Source of the DNA: a virus
Length of the DNA stretch: 64,000 bases
Virus record (IMG/VR): IMGVR_UViG_3300029555_000004
Strand: one strand, 5' to 3'
The notes under the pieces were generated by a model. It was not told the DNA's origin. It saw nothing but the letters and a program-made list of their open reading frames with translations, and searched no databases. Below, in pieces: positions 42,280 to 52,225 of the stretch. The first letter of the stretch is position 1, and each line of letters starts with the position of its first letter. The translations under genes and the position numbers were made by a program.

Positions 42280-43719
42280 ATGGCATTAACAGCAAAGAAA
42301 GTATATGCAATATTAAAACGCCAGATTTCCGATATGGAATCACAACTGAATCATCCAGTTAGATATAAAGGAACAGTCGCTACAGCAGATTTACTCCCAC
42401 TAAATCCAGCCATTGGAGACATGTATAATATCGAATCCAAATCCATCTATGGCGGAGCAGGAATGAATGTGGCATGGAACGGCGTAGTTTGGGACACTAT
42501 GGGCGCTCCAATTGATATGTCACTGTATCTCACAAAAGAAGAATCAGAGACGGTAATACAAAGATTAGTTACGGAATATTTTGAAAAGAATCCAGTCAAG
42601 CCTGGAGCCACGACAGAACAGGCACAGCAGATCGAGCAGAACAAGACAGACATTGCTTCACTGAAAACGGAAACTGGTTCACTAAAGGAAGATTTAGAGA
42701 TTTCGCTATTAGAGAATGACAGATTATATGAAGGTACAAATCTTGCCGAAAAATTCAAAGATGAAATCGCTAATTACTCAGACATCTGGCAGTGGATCAA
42801 AGCCAGAATCAAGGCAGGAAACTTTGCGGGTATTCATGTAAATGATTTTATCCGCTGGCAGACAACAGATAAGAAATGGATTGAATCCCGTATTGCTGGT
42901 ATCAACACATATAAGAGATATGGAAACCAGGCGGCGCCAGACCACATTGATTTCATATCAAAGGATTTGTGGCCGACTCTGCATGTTATGCAGCCAGTCA
43001 ACTATAACAATGGCGTAATCCCTATCGAAAATCTGTCAGGGGATGGCGCAAAAACAACATTTACTCTGGTAAATGAAATGGCGGGGATCGCGTCTGTTAC
43101 AGTCGGCGGTACCGCAGTGACAAGCTACACATACGATATTGATACCCACACAATTACTTTCAGCGAAGCACCAGTGACGGGAACGAATAATATCGTGGTA
43201 ACCGGAACTGGTTCAATGCACCCTTGGTTATCATCAGATCTGTATTTATACGCAAACAGTCTTAGAGGTCATGTACCGAGTGGTACAAGCAAGACCTCAC
43301 CTGTTAAGTTAGTAGATTACAGGGACGATGGTATTTGGTCTAAACTGCCAGATGAGCTGAAATCCGTAATCGTAACGAAACGCGCATTACTCTCTCAGCG
43401 ATATTCAGCATCTGGGGTGTTATCAAATAATAATTCCTGGGGCTGGCAGGATACGGGTAAACTCTGGATCCCGTCAGAAATTGAGGTGTATGGGCATGGT
43501 GTATGGGCAAATAACGGATATGATAAAGGTGGATTTGTCCAGTATCCGATATTCAACTGCAATATGGGACGTATAAAAGGACTGGGTGACTGGTGGTTGA
43601 TTTCTGATTCCGATGGCAACACCAGCTACTTCTGTGGTGTCACCGGCGGCGGTAATGCCAGCCACGCCGTTGCTTCCGCCACCTGGGTGGGGCTGCCCGT
43701 CTGCTTCCGAATTGCGTAG
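42280..43719 (+). CDS. fibre-like structural protein (head or tail fibre)
   Basis: N-terminal YKGTVATADLLPLNPAIGDMYNI...NVAWNGVVWD motif common in Firmicutes phage fibre proteins. Confidence 0.5.
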   Translation: MALTAKKVYAILKRQISDMESQLNHPVRYKGTVATADLLPLNPAIGDMYNIESKSIYGGAGMNVAWNGVVWDTMGAPIDMSLYLTKEESETVIQRLVTEYFEKNPVKPGATTEQAQQIEQNKTDIASLKTETGSLKEDLEISLLENDRLYEGTNLAEKFKDEIANYSDIWQWIKARIKAGNFAGIHVNDFIRWQTTDKKWIESRIAGINTYKRYGNQAAPDHIDFISKDLWPTLHVMQPVNYNNGVIPIENLSGDGAKTTFTLVNEMAGIASVTVGGTAVTSYTYDIDTHTITFSEAPVTGTNNIVVTGTGSMHPWLSSDLYLYANSLRGHVPSGTSKTSPVKLVDYRDDGIWSKLPDELKSVIVTKRALLSQRYSASGVLSNNNSWGWQDTGKLWIPSEIEVYGHGVWANNGYDKGGFVQYPIFNCNMGRIKGLGDWWLISDSDGNTSYFCGVTGGGNASHAVASATWVGLPVCFRIA

Positions 43720-43737
43720 TGAAAGGAGATTAAATCT

Positions 43738-43932
43738 ATGAATTATAAAGCCGAAATAGTAGCACTTAAAAGCTTACTCGCTGACACCGATTACAAGGCA
43801 TTAAAACATGCTGATGGTGCAATGAGTGATGAAGAATACGAGTCTGTTAGAGTACAGAGAGAAGAATGGCGTAGACTTATCAACGAATATGAAGAAAGAG
43901 TGAAAGATATGGATGAATCTGAGTTTATGTAA
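43738..43932 (+). CDS. hypothetical protein
   Basis: ORF track; AGGAGA RBS. Confidence 0.5.
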   Translation: MNYKAEIVALKSLLADTDYKALKHADGAMSDEEYESVRVQREEWRRLINEYEERVKDMDESEFM

Positions 43933-43984
43933 TTAACTAAAGAAAGCTTTAGTTAAGCAACCAAATTTAAGAAAGAGAGGAAAT

Positions 43985-44377
43985 ATGAGAGGATTAGTTC
44001 GTCAAAAACAAAAAGTATATTGGTCACGAATATCCGAAAAGACAGAAGGATTAGACCGAATTAAGGTTTATGAGAAACCAGCTTTGTACTCTTTTTCCGT
44101 ATCATCTACAGCCGGAACACCGGAAGAAATCGCAGCCGGAATAGTGCCAGATTATGACAGATACATTACAAGCTTTAATCGAAATTTCCATCCACAGGAA
44201 GCAGATATATTTTGGATAGACAGAATCCCACAAATAAGCGAGGATGGAAGCCTTATTTTGGACGAAGATGGCGAGCCTACAGTATTGCCAGATTATGTAC
44301 TAAAGAAGATTTTAGACACACAAAAAGGCAATATTGCCAGATACGGAATTTCCAAGAGAGGAAATGAGGATGGGTAA
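43985..44377 (+). CDS. putative head-closure/head-tail adaptor protein
   Basis: Size and position before the gp10-like gene. Confidence 0.4.
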   Translation: MRGLVRQKQKVYWSRISEKTEGLDRIKVYEKPALYSFSVSSTAGTPEEIAAGIVPDYDRYITSFNRNFHPQEADIFWIDRIPQISEDGSLILDEDGEPTVLPDYVLKKILDTQKGNIARYGISKRGNEDG

Positions 44378-44885
44378 GACAATAAAGTGTACCTTATCAC
44401 AGAAGTCAATCCGGAATGCTATTGATGAAATAAAAAATTATCAAAAATCTTTAAGGAGCAAAAATGAAATCTTCATAAAAAGATTATGTGAATTAGGGAT
44501 TCCAGTTATTGACCAAAATATTTTGGCAGCACAAGGCGATTCTGATAAAAACTACAATACTTACATCAAAATTAACAGTTTTGGTAATTATGCAGAAGCC
44601 CATTTAATATGCGAAGGCAAAAGCATTTTATTCATTGAATTCGGCGCTGGTATTTACCAAAATGGTGCAGCCGGTTCTAGCCCACATCCAAAAGGAGAAG
44701 AATTTGGTTATACAATCGGTTCTTACGGACAAGGAAAAGGAAAATACGATTCCTGGGTATATGTCTCCGATTCTGGCGAATGGGTTCGCTCTTACGGTAC
44801 AGAAGCCACAATGCCAATGTATAAGGCAAGCGTAGAAATCATTCAGAATATCCGCAAAATCGCCAAAGAGGTGTTCTCTTCCTAA
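44370..44885 (+). CDS. HK97 gp10-like neck/tail-completion protein
   Basis: FIEFGAG motif and position. Confidence 0.5.
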   Translation: MGKTIKCTLSQKSIRNAIDEIKNYQKSLRSKNEIFIKRLCELGIPVIDQNILAAQGDSDKNYNTYIKINSFGNYAEAHLICEGKSILFIEFGAGIYQNGAAGSSPHPKGEEFGYTIGSYGQGKGKYDSWVYVSDSGEWVRSYGTEATMPMYKASVEIIQNIRKIAKEVFSS

Positions 44886-44889
44886 AGAA

Positions 44890-44933
44890 GATACCATAAT
44901 ATACTGAATGATACCAACTAATTATGTTATCAT
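44890..44933 (+). promoter_or_regulatory. conserved late box, copy B
   Basis: GATACCATAATATACTGAATGATACC ... TATGT-TATCAT; weaker hairpin AATGCG/CGCATT + T6 at 44962-44994. Confidence 0.55.
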
Positions 44934-45011
44934 TACAGTGTTAAATTGTAGCATAAAATGCAATGCGTTCACTATGAAGGTGGGCGCATTTTTTATTGTG
45001 AGGTGACAGAT

Positions 45012-45413
45012 ATGCCGGACACAATAGAATCCCCTGTACTGGAAGTTTTTTCAAGGTGGGGAGCGGCTGTTTCTAAGATTACCGGTGCAGACAATTATTC
45101 CATGGATGGGAGCGAGACAAATGCTTCCGGAAAAAAGGCATATGCACAGCTTTATATGCTCGGAAATCCAACTACGAAAGGTGACCTTGAAGGGGATGAA
45201 TGCGCAACAATGCCATCATTTCAAGTAAATTGTTTCACATCTGGTAGCAAAGCATTAACCAGAGTGTATGAATTGGACAAGATAAGTCACAAAGCTATGG
45301 TGAGCATGGGATTCCGTCGTACATATGGACCGGAGCTTATGTTTTTTGGTGACAGTGGAATCAAAAAGCTTGTGAGCCGATACAGCCGGATATATACAGG
45401 AAAATTACTTTGA
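45012..45413 (+). CDS. putative tail terminator/tail-completion protein
   Basis: ATG 45012 after GAGGTGA; position before the major tail gene. Confidence 0.4.
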   Translation: MPDTIESPVLEVFSRWGAAVSKITGADNYSMDGSETNASGKKAYAQLYMLGNPTTKGDLEGDECATMPSFQVNCFTSGSKALTRVYELDKISHKAMVSMGFRRTYGPELMFFGDSGIKKLVSRYSRIYTGKLL

Positions 45414-45420
45414 AACCAAT

Positions 45421-45443
45421 GAACGCATAGACGTTCTTTTTTT
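45421..45443 (+). terminator. intrinsic terminator
   Basis: GAACG-CATAGA-CGTTC then T7. Confidence 0.6.
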
Positions 45444-45471
45444 ATGCTTAAAACGAAAGCGAGGTGAGATT

Positions 45472-45765
45472 ATGGATCAGATTTTAAGTTATGTAAAGCC
45501 AGAATTACTTATTGTCGTTGTATTTCTTTATTTTATCGGAGAAATGATTAAAAAGTCAGAGAATATTTCTGACAAATTTATTCCAATGATTTTAGGAATT
45601 CTTGGTGTATTAATTTGCGGTCTTTATGTTTTTGCAACATCTACAGTTTCCGGTTCACAGGAAGTTGCAATGGCACTGTTTACCGCAATTACACAAGGCG
45701 TTATCGTTGCCGGATTAAGTAATTATGTAAATCAAATTATTAAGCAAGCAGGAAAAGAAGAGTAG
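45472..45765 (+). CDS. holin-like protein (phage_holin_4/phi LC3-type pattern)
   Basis: YVKPELLIVVVFLYFIGEMIKK...DKFIPMILGILGV...ITQGVIVAGLSNYVNQIIKQ; three hydrophobic segments. Confidence 0.65.
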   Translation: MDQILSYVKPELLIVVVFLYFIGEMIKKSENISDKFIPMILGILGVLICGLYVFATSTVSGSQEVAMALFTAITQGVIVAGLSNYVNQIIKQAGKEE

Positions 45766-45840
45766 AAAGGCGGTGATCCGCTATCTCCCGGCACAGGGTT
45801 ACGTGCATAAAGCTTAAATTAAAGAAAGGAGCCTATTAAA

Positions 45841-46371
45841 ATGGCAGATTTAACAACACTTGGCGTAACTTTTCATTACGGTGTTGAAACCGTTAAAGGA
45901 ACGAAGCCAACTGCATTCACCTGGTTAAAAAGATGTAGTTCTATTGGTGGAATTTCTCTTGATACAGAACAGATTGACGTATCCGCACTCGAAGACTTCA
46001 TTACACAGTACGCATCTGGTAGACAGGATACTGGTGGTACTTGGGATGTAACCTTCAATCTTAACGCTGATGTTATCACAGCATTAAAGAAGCTTATGAC
46101 TGATACGGCAACAGGAAAGACAAAAGGATTTAGAGTTTGGTTTGAAGTTGTATTTCCAGACCTCGAAGATGCATTCTTTGTTATCGCAGACCCTGGAAAA
46201 AATATTCCACTGTCTGACATTGGGCAGAATGAAGCAGCAACAATTCCGCTGTCTCTCATTATTCAGGAATACAAAGGTCTTGATACAAAAGTTGTTTCCG
46301 AAGAGCTTGCACAGGCTTTAGACACCGCAAAAGCAGTAGCAGATTCCACAGGCGCAATGGCACTCAGCTAA
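45841..46371 (+). CDS. major tail protein
   Basis: 176 aa, position before chaperones and tape measure, pattern resembling phi13/TP901-1-type MTP. Confidence 0.7.
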   Translation: MADLTTLGVTFHYGVETVKGTKPTAFTWLKRCSSIGGISLDTEQIDVSALEDFITQYASGRQDTGGTWDVTFNLNADVITALKKLMTDTATGKTKGFRVWFEVVFPDLEDAFFVIADPGKNIPLSDIGQNEAATIPLSLIIQEYKGLDTKVVSEELAQALDTAKAVADSTGAMALS

Positions 46372-46395
46372 TAAATATATCGGGAGGATTATAAA

Positions 46396-46824
46396 ATGGT
46401 AACTTTTAATGTACATGGAAAAGAATATAAGGTTGTATTTGGATATGGACTTCTTACAAAAACAGATGTGCTGGACAAGGTACAGGGAATTACAGATGGA
46501 AAAGAGAGAAGCCTTCAGAAGATGATTTCTCTTCTCCCGGAACTGCTTCTTGCCGGACTTCAAAAGAAGCACAAGGAAGAGTTTGGGTATGAAAGTGATT
46601 CTGAAAAAGAAGCTGCTCTTGATAAAGTCTGTGACCTTTTGGATGATTACGAAGATGAAGGAACTGAGGAAAATCCAAAAAGCGGATTTGATTTATACCA
46701 ACTTCTCGACAAAGAATTGGAGAAAAATGGTTTTTTATCCGGTCTGCTGAATGCAGTAGCAGAAGCACAGGCAGTGGAGAAGAATGCAACGAAGCTTCCG
46801 CAGGATCACAAAAAGAAAAATTAA
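46396..46824 (+). CDS. tail assembly chaperone (gpG-like)
   Basis: Position; acidic C-terminal half; A-rich slippery run at its end. Confidence 0.65.
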   Translation: MVTFNVHGKEYKVVFGYGLLTKTDVLDKVQGITDGKERSLQKMISLLPELLLAGLQKKHKEEFGYESDSEKEAALDKVCDLLDDYEDEGTEENPKSGFDLYQLLDKELEKNGFLSGLLNAVAEAQAVEKNATKLPQDHKKKN

Positions 46825-47219
46825 CTTTTCGAGAAGCTGTTTACCAAGAGATTCTTCCTTTATACCTCTCTATTGGTGTATCTAAAGAAGAATTTATGGA
46901 TTCTACTCCAACAGAGTTAAAGCCTTATCTTGAAGCTGAAAAGATACGCCAAAAGAGGAAAGATGCCGAACTCTGGCAAGCGGGCATTTATGAAACATCA
47001 GCCACATTCACAGCTGTTGCAAATGCTTTAATCGGAAAAAAATCCAAGGCAGAGTATTTGAAGAAACCTTTACTTGAATCAGCAGAGGAAGAAAAGCGTA
47101 AACAGGAAGGTATACTTTCCGAAGAAGAAAAGAAAAAACAGAGAAACGCACTTTTGGCAAGCTTGCAACTCATGCAGGCAAGCTTTGAGCTTAACCATGA
47201 AAAGGGCAGGCAGGATTAA
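46810..47219 (+). CDS. tail assembly chaperone -1 frameshift extension (gpT-like)
   Basis: The -1 frame is open from 46692 to 47219; AAAAAG at 46810-46815 precedes the gpG stop. Confidence 0.55.
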
Positions 47220-47245
47220 CACTCTTGTCTGCCCTTTATTTTTTT
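47204..47245 (+). terminator. hairpin + T-run between chaperone and tape measure
   Basis: GGGCAGGCAGGA/TCTTGTCTGCCC stem (12 bp incl. GU), 7-nt loop holding the gpT stop, TTTATTTTTTT. Confidence 0.65.
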
Positions 47246-47268
47246 GTAAAAAAGGAGGGATAAATAAA

Positions 47269-50200
47269 ATGGCTGACAATACCATTGATACCCTTGATAT
47301 ACAGATTAGCAGTAGTACAGAAAAAGCAGTACGTGCGCTGACTAATCTTTCAAATAAACTTACAGAAGTTAATTCCGCATTAAGCGGAGTTAATACAAAT
47401 GGACTGCGTAGTTGTGTAAGGGAACTTGGAAAACTAAAAGAACTTGATATAGGGAAAATGACAAGCATTGCTGATGGAATTGGAAAATTCTCAAATTCCA
47501 TAAAGACAATGGGCGGAGTAGATTATAAAGGCTCTGGTCTGAATGCAGTTATCAACTCAATCAACAGGCTTAGCCAGATTGATGTTAGTGGATTTGATTC
47601 TGGAAAACTTGGAGAAATAATCCATAAATTAAGCAATTTGGCAGAGATTCCAGATGTATCTTCCGGTGTTAATCGTTTTGTTAATTCAATGGCTAGATTA
47701 GCCAATTCCGGTGAATATATTGCGAATGTATCAGCTGAATTGCCTGGGCTTGGAAGAAATCTTAAATCAATTGTAGAGAGTTTTACGAGCGTTGGCGATA
47801 TATCTGAACCTGTGAATAGGTTAGTTCAGTCTATTGCACAATTGGCAAGCTCTGGAAATAAAATCGGACAAACATCAAGCCAACTTGGAACACTAGCAAA
47901 GGAAGTATTATCTTTCTTCGATGTGATGAAAACTGCGCCTAAAATCAGCGAAAACACTGTAAGAATGACAGAAGCTTTGGCACATTTAGCTACTGCAAGT
48001 GGGAAAATAAATAAAGTCACAAATTCTCTTACGAATTCATTTTCGAGATTATCAAATGCCACAAATGGACTTGGAAATGCAGGAAGAAAATTATCTTCCA
48101 TGATTGGCTCTGCAAGCTCTGCACTAGCTAATTTTGGAAATACCGCAAATGTAACCACAAGGAAGACTGGTTCATTAACTTCACAGCTTGCAGGATTATA
48201 TGCAAAATTTTTTACTGTGACAAGAGGAATTAAAGCACTTTGGAATTCTGTAAAGTCTGCATCTAATTATGTTGAAACATTGAACTATTTCAATTCTGCG
48301 TTCGATCAAGTTACTGATGGATTAGATATCAGCAAGTGGCAGAATGCAGGAGTAAAATCCGCAGAGGAATATGTTGGTTCTTTTGAAAAACGTGCAAAAG
48401 AACTTACAAAAAAAATGACTGGATTTGAAGTATCAGATGCAGGAGATCTGACACGTATATCTGGTGGCAGTCTAGGTCTTAATCCAAACGACACCATGAA
48501 TTATCAAGCTACTTATGCGCAGATGGCATCATCAATGGGGGCAACAGCAGATGCATCAACTAAGGTTTCACAAGCTTTAACAGAAATCGGATCAGACCTT
48601 GCTTCTGTAAAAAATCTTGAATTCAACGATGTTTGGAATGATATGGCTTCTGGCATAACCGGAATGAGCAGGGCACTTGATAAATATGGTATTAATATCC
48701 GTGTAGCAAATTTACAACAGGAACTTTATAATCTTGGAATTGACGCTACTGTATCAAGTCTAAGCCAGTCAGATAAAGCTATATTAAGAACAATTACAAT
48801 ATTGAATAGTTCTAAATATGCATGGGCTGATTTGGCTTCAACAATTAATCAACCAGCCAACCAGGTTCGTATGTTGAAATCTAATTTCGAAGCACTTGGT
48901 AGAAGTATCGGAACATTGTTCCTCCCTATTGTTGCAAAAGTACTTCCATATATTAACGGTCTTTTTATGGCATTGGAAAGAGCTTTTTCTTGGCTCGCAA
49001 AACTACTTGGCATTAAGCTATCGGATTATGTATCTTCAACTGGAAAAGCTTCAGTCGATATGGGAGATATTGCAGACAGCACAGATAATGCTGCATCCGG
49101 GCTCGACAATGCAAACGACAATGCGAAGAAATTACAAAAAACTCTTTCTGTTCTTTCCTTCGATGAATTGAACCAGTTGAATGATAACAAGACATCAAGT
49201 TCAAGTGGAAGCTCGGGCAGCGGGGCTCCGGGAAGTGCCCATATACCAGAACTGGACGCTGCTTTCGATAAAGCACTTTCTGATTATCAAAAAGCATGGG
49301 ATCAAGCATTTGCAAATGTTGAGAATAAAGCGCAAACTGTATCTGATAAGATTATCAAGGCATTTAAACAAATCAGAAAGAATGCAAAGCCAACCACTGC
49401 CGCAATAAAGAAGCTTTATAATGAAGGTCTAAGCAGACTAGGAAATTTTTCGATTAATGCTTTGAAAAATTTGTGGAAGAATTACCTCCAGCCAATCGGT
49501 AAATGGTCATTATCAAACAACTCAGGATTTCCAAGATTCTTTAACATTACAAATGATTTGCTGACAAAAATCAACTGGTTAAAGCTCCAAACTTCTTTAG
49601 AAGGATTGTTTACTATGCTCCAAAAGCCAACACAATTTGTTTGGACGGGACTTATGGATTTTTACGAGCATTTTCTCGTTCCAGTCGGAACTTGGACGAT
49701 GAACGGCGCAATTCCACAATTAGTTGATGCGTTGACCAGTTTCGGAAACAACATTCATTGGGAAGAACTTAATAAATCACTGAAAAATTTCTGGGATGCA
49801 TTGGCTCCATTTGCAAAGAATGTAGGACAAGGCATTGTGGATTTTTATAAAGATTTACTTAATGTCGGAGAGAATTTCATCAATTCAACTGTTCCTGGAG
49901 GTCTAAATTCTATCGCAGAAGCAATAAAAAATATAAGTCCCGAAACAGCACAAGCTATAGGAAAGAGTCTCGGCCAAATTTCTTTGGCGATTCTAGGATT
50001 CAAAGGATTAACCTTTATTGGTGGAATCATTGGAAAAGACAGCCCATTAGGAAAAGGACTTTCTTTACTGGCAAAACATCCTTATGCGTCAATGGCACTT
50101 GGCATCGGTGGAATCGTACTTGCGCTTGATAATTTCGGAGTTATTGATGTTGACTGGGAGTGGATTTGGAGCAGTATTGACCGTGTAAAAACCTCAATAC

Positions 50201-52209
50201 AGAATTTTATTGATAAGGTTGATTGGAATGCTGTTGGAACTGCTATTGGAAATTTATGGTCTGCATTCCAACCATTTGCAGAGGGATTTGCAGATGCGTT
50301 GATTACCGGGCTTGAAGGAATAATTAATATCGGAGCGGATTTAATTAACGGTATTGCAAATGCAATTAATTGGCTGGCTGAAAAATTAAGTGGAATTGAT
50401 CCAGAATTTATAAAACAAGTTGGTGCTGCATTCGGAACATTGTTTGCGATCAAAATAGCCAAAGATATTGCCACCGAAATCTTTTCCTTTGCTAGCGGAA
50501 TCGGTTCATTAGCTTCAAAACTTTTAAATTTCCCACTTGATACCGCATCTTCTCTTCCCACTATCATCGGTGATATTGGTGGAGCAGCGGAAACGGCTGG
50601 AAATGGCGGGTTTACTACACTTGCAGAAAAGATAAAAAATCTCGGTGATGTCGCACAAACAGCTGGTGGACAATTCCAAGGATTTTGGGGATACGCAACT
50701 AATTTAGGCGCAACTGCATTTGTCATGGAAGGACTTGGACAGGTAAAAAAAGCTATGGACTTTAAAGACTCCACAGCTGACGCATTCAACGATTTTGAAG
50801 TTGTTAGAAAAGCATTAAAAATCCTTGAAGACCAAACTGGAATTTCCGGAGATAAATTTATCGGTCTTGGCGGTGATTTAAAAAATGTGAAAGACAATGC
50901 ATTTGATTTTGATGGACAGCTTCAAACCGTAGAAACATCACTTGAAAATCTTGGAATTTCTTCCGATACATTTAAGCAAGCATTAAAACAGGCAATGGAA
51001 GAATCCGATACTTCTACAAATTCTCATGTAAGTAATATTAATGAATATATCGGTACGATGGGGACAGAATTTGATAATGCGAAATCTGCATTAGAAAGAC
51101 TTTCAAATCAAGCGGTAATCACTCCAACGCAGTTTGATGAATTAAGTGCTGTCCTTCAGCAACAAGAATCATCTGGTGCAACAGCCAGAGCCGCATTCCA
51201 AGCCTTGATGGATAAAATGGCAGAGATGGGAATTGACACAGGAAAAGTTATTAAAGCTTTTTCAGAAGATGTTCCAAAAGCTTCATCAACAATGAGCAAA
51301 TCAGTGGAAACAGCTACGAAATCCATTTCTTCAAAATCTAAGACTGGTTTTGGAATAGCCAGTGCAGCTGTAAGCACAGCAATGGCTGGAATGAAAAAAA
51401 GCACAGAAAGCACAATGCCTTCCATTTGGTCAAAGATAAAGAACACGAATGATGATGTTGAAACCAACTCTAAAACCAATTGGGGAAATTCTGCAAGTGC
51501 TGTATCGACAGCCCTCGGAACCATGGACACTGATACAAGAAATGTAATGGGTAAGGTTATGACAACCATTCAAAGTTATTGGTCTTCCGTTTTGATCAAT
51601 ACAAACCAGATTTGGGAAAAGGCTTCTGGCAAGGTTGATACAGAAACCGAAAACATGAAGACTTATACAGAATCTAACTTATCTGGTATTTCAGATTATA
51701 TCACAAGTCTGTTCAAAAATGATTTAACATCAATGGGTAGGGAAACTGCACAATCTTTCGCCAATGGTATGAAACAAGTTCATCTACCAACATTAACATA
51801 TCGAATCTCTGAATGGAGAAAGCATAACCTCGGAAACGGAAAAACCAGTTCTACACCAGTTTATAAGCCTAATTGGTACGCCAAAGGTGGTCTTTTTAAT
51901 GGCGCACAGGTAATTGGTATCGGTGAAGCTGGTTCTGAAGCCGTTCTTCCTTTGGAAAATCCACGAACCATGAAGAAGATCGCGGACAGCATTGTTTCCA
52001 GCTCAGACGGAAGCATGGGACTTACAAAAGAAGAAATGGCAAAAGCAGTAGCCCAGGGAGTTGCAATGGCAATGAGTATGAACAGCGGAAACAAGAATCC
52101 GCAGTACATTATGAACAGTATTATTCTGGACGGAAGCGAGATTGCAAAAGCAGTAACAAAAGCCCAAAATGATACAGATAGCCGTTTCAAACCGTCCCCG
52201 GCATATTGA
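47269..52209 (+). CDS. tape measure protein (1646 aa)
   Basis: Length, position, Ala/Ser/Gly/Asn-rich helical repeats; AAGGAGGG RBS before ATG 47269. Confidence 0.9.
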   Translation: MADNTIDTLDIQISSSTEKAVRALTNLSNKLTEVNSALSGVNTNGLRSCVRELGKLKELDIGKMTSIADGIGKFSNSIKTMGGVDYKGSGLNAVINSINRLSQIDVSGFDSGKLGEIIHKLSNLAEIPDVSSGVNRFVNSMARLANSGEYIANVSAELPGLGRNLKSIVESFTSVGDISEPVNRLVQSIAQLASSGNKIGQTSSQLGTLAKEVLSFFDVMKTAPKISENTVRMTEALAHLATASGKINKVTNSLTNSFSRLSNATNGLGNAGRKLSSMIGSASSALANFGNTANVTTRKTGSLTSQLAGLYAKFFTVTRGIKALWNSVKSASNYVETLNYFNSAFDQVTDGLDISKWQNAGVKSAEEYVGSFEKRAKELTKKMTGFEVSDAGDLTRISGGSLGLNPNDTMNYQATYAQMASSMGATADASTKVSQALTEIGSDLASVKNLEFNDVWNDMASGITGMSRALDKYGINIRVANLQQELYNLGIDATVSSLSQSDKAILRTITILNSSKYAWADLASTINQPANQVRMLKSNFEALGRSIGTLFLPIVAKVLPYINGLFMALERAFSWLAKLLGIKLSDYVSSTGKASVDMGDIADSTDNAASGLDNANDNAKKLQKTLSVLSFDELNQLNDNKTSSSSGSSGSGAPGSAHIPELDAAFDKALSDYQKAWDQAFANVENKAQTVSDKIIKAFKQIRKNAKPTTAAIKKLYNEGLSRLGNFSINALKNLWKNYLQPIGKWSLSNNSGFPRFFNITNDLLTKINWLKLQTSLEGLFTMLQKPTQFVWTGLMDFYEHFLVPVGTWTMNGAIPQLVDALTSFGNNIHWEELNKSLKNFWDALAPFAKNVGQGIVDFYKDLLNVGENFINSTVPGGLNSIAEAIKNISPETAQAIGKSLGQISLAILGFKGLTFIGGIIGKDSPLGKGLSLLAKHPYASMALGIGGIVLALDNFGVIDVDWEWIWSSIDRVKTSIQNFIDKVDWNAVGTAIGNLWSAFQPFAEGFADALITGLEGIINIGADLINGIANAINWLAEKLSGIDPEFIKQVGAAFGTLFAIKIAKDIATEIFSFASGIGSLASKLLNFPLDTASSLPTIIGDIGGAAETAGNGGFTTLAEKIKNLGDVAQTAGGQFQGFWGYATNLGATAFVMEGLGQVKKAMDFKDSTADAFNDFEVVRKALKILEDQTGISGDKFIGLGGDLKNVKDNAFDFDGQLQTVETSLENLGISSDTFKQALKQAMEESDTSTNSHVSNINEYIGTMGTEFDNAKSALERLSNQAVITPTQFDELSAVLQQQESSGATARAAFQALMDKMAEMGIDTGKVIKAFSEDVPKASSTMSKSVETATKSISSKSKTGFGIASAAVSTAMAGMKKSTESTMPSIWSKIKNTNDDVETNSKTNWGNSASAVSTALGTMDTDTRNVMGKVMTTIQSYWSSVLINTNQIWEKASGKVDTETENMKTYTESNLSGISDYITSLFKNDLTSMGRETAQSFANGMKQVHLPTLTYRISEWRKHNLGNGKTSSTPVYKPNWYAKGGLFNGAQVIGIGEAGSEAVLPLENPRTMKKIADSIVSSSDGSMGLTKEEMAKAVAQGVAMAMSMNSGNKNPQYIMNSIILDGSEIAKAVTKAQNDTDSRFKPSPAY

Positions 52210-52225
52210 TTTTTGACTGATTGTG

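Noticed and set aside
47074-47268. Upstream extension of the tape measure ORF (ORF-track start 47074)
   Set aside because: The extension overlaps the gpT frame and a terminator hairpin. ATG 47269 has a strong AAGGAGGG RBS and a typical tape-measure N-terminus.
50082-50897. Long minus-strand ORFs antisense to late genes (for example 50082-50897, 36714-37532, 42447-42758, 61374-62138)
   Set aside because: They lie entirely inside well-supported + strand genes (tape measure, capsid, fibre, tail tip). They have low-complexity or Cys/Ser/Phe-rich shadow-frame composition and no RBS. I treat them as antisense artefacts.
52213-52218. TTGACT as the -35 element for the promoter at 52226-52234
   Set aside because: The spacer to TATAAT is only 10 nt. 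The promoter call rests on the extended -10 alone.
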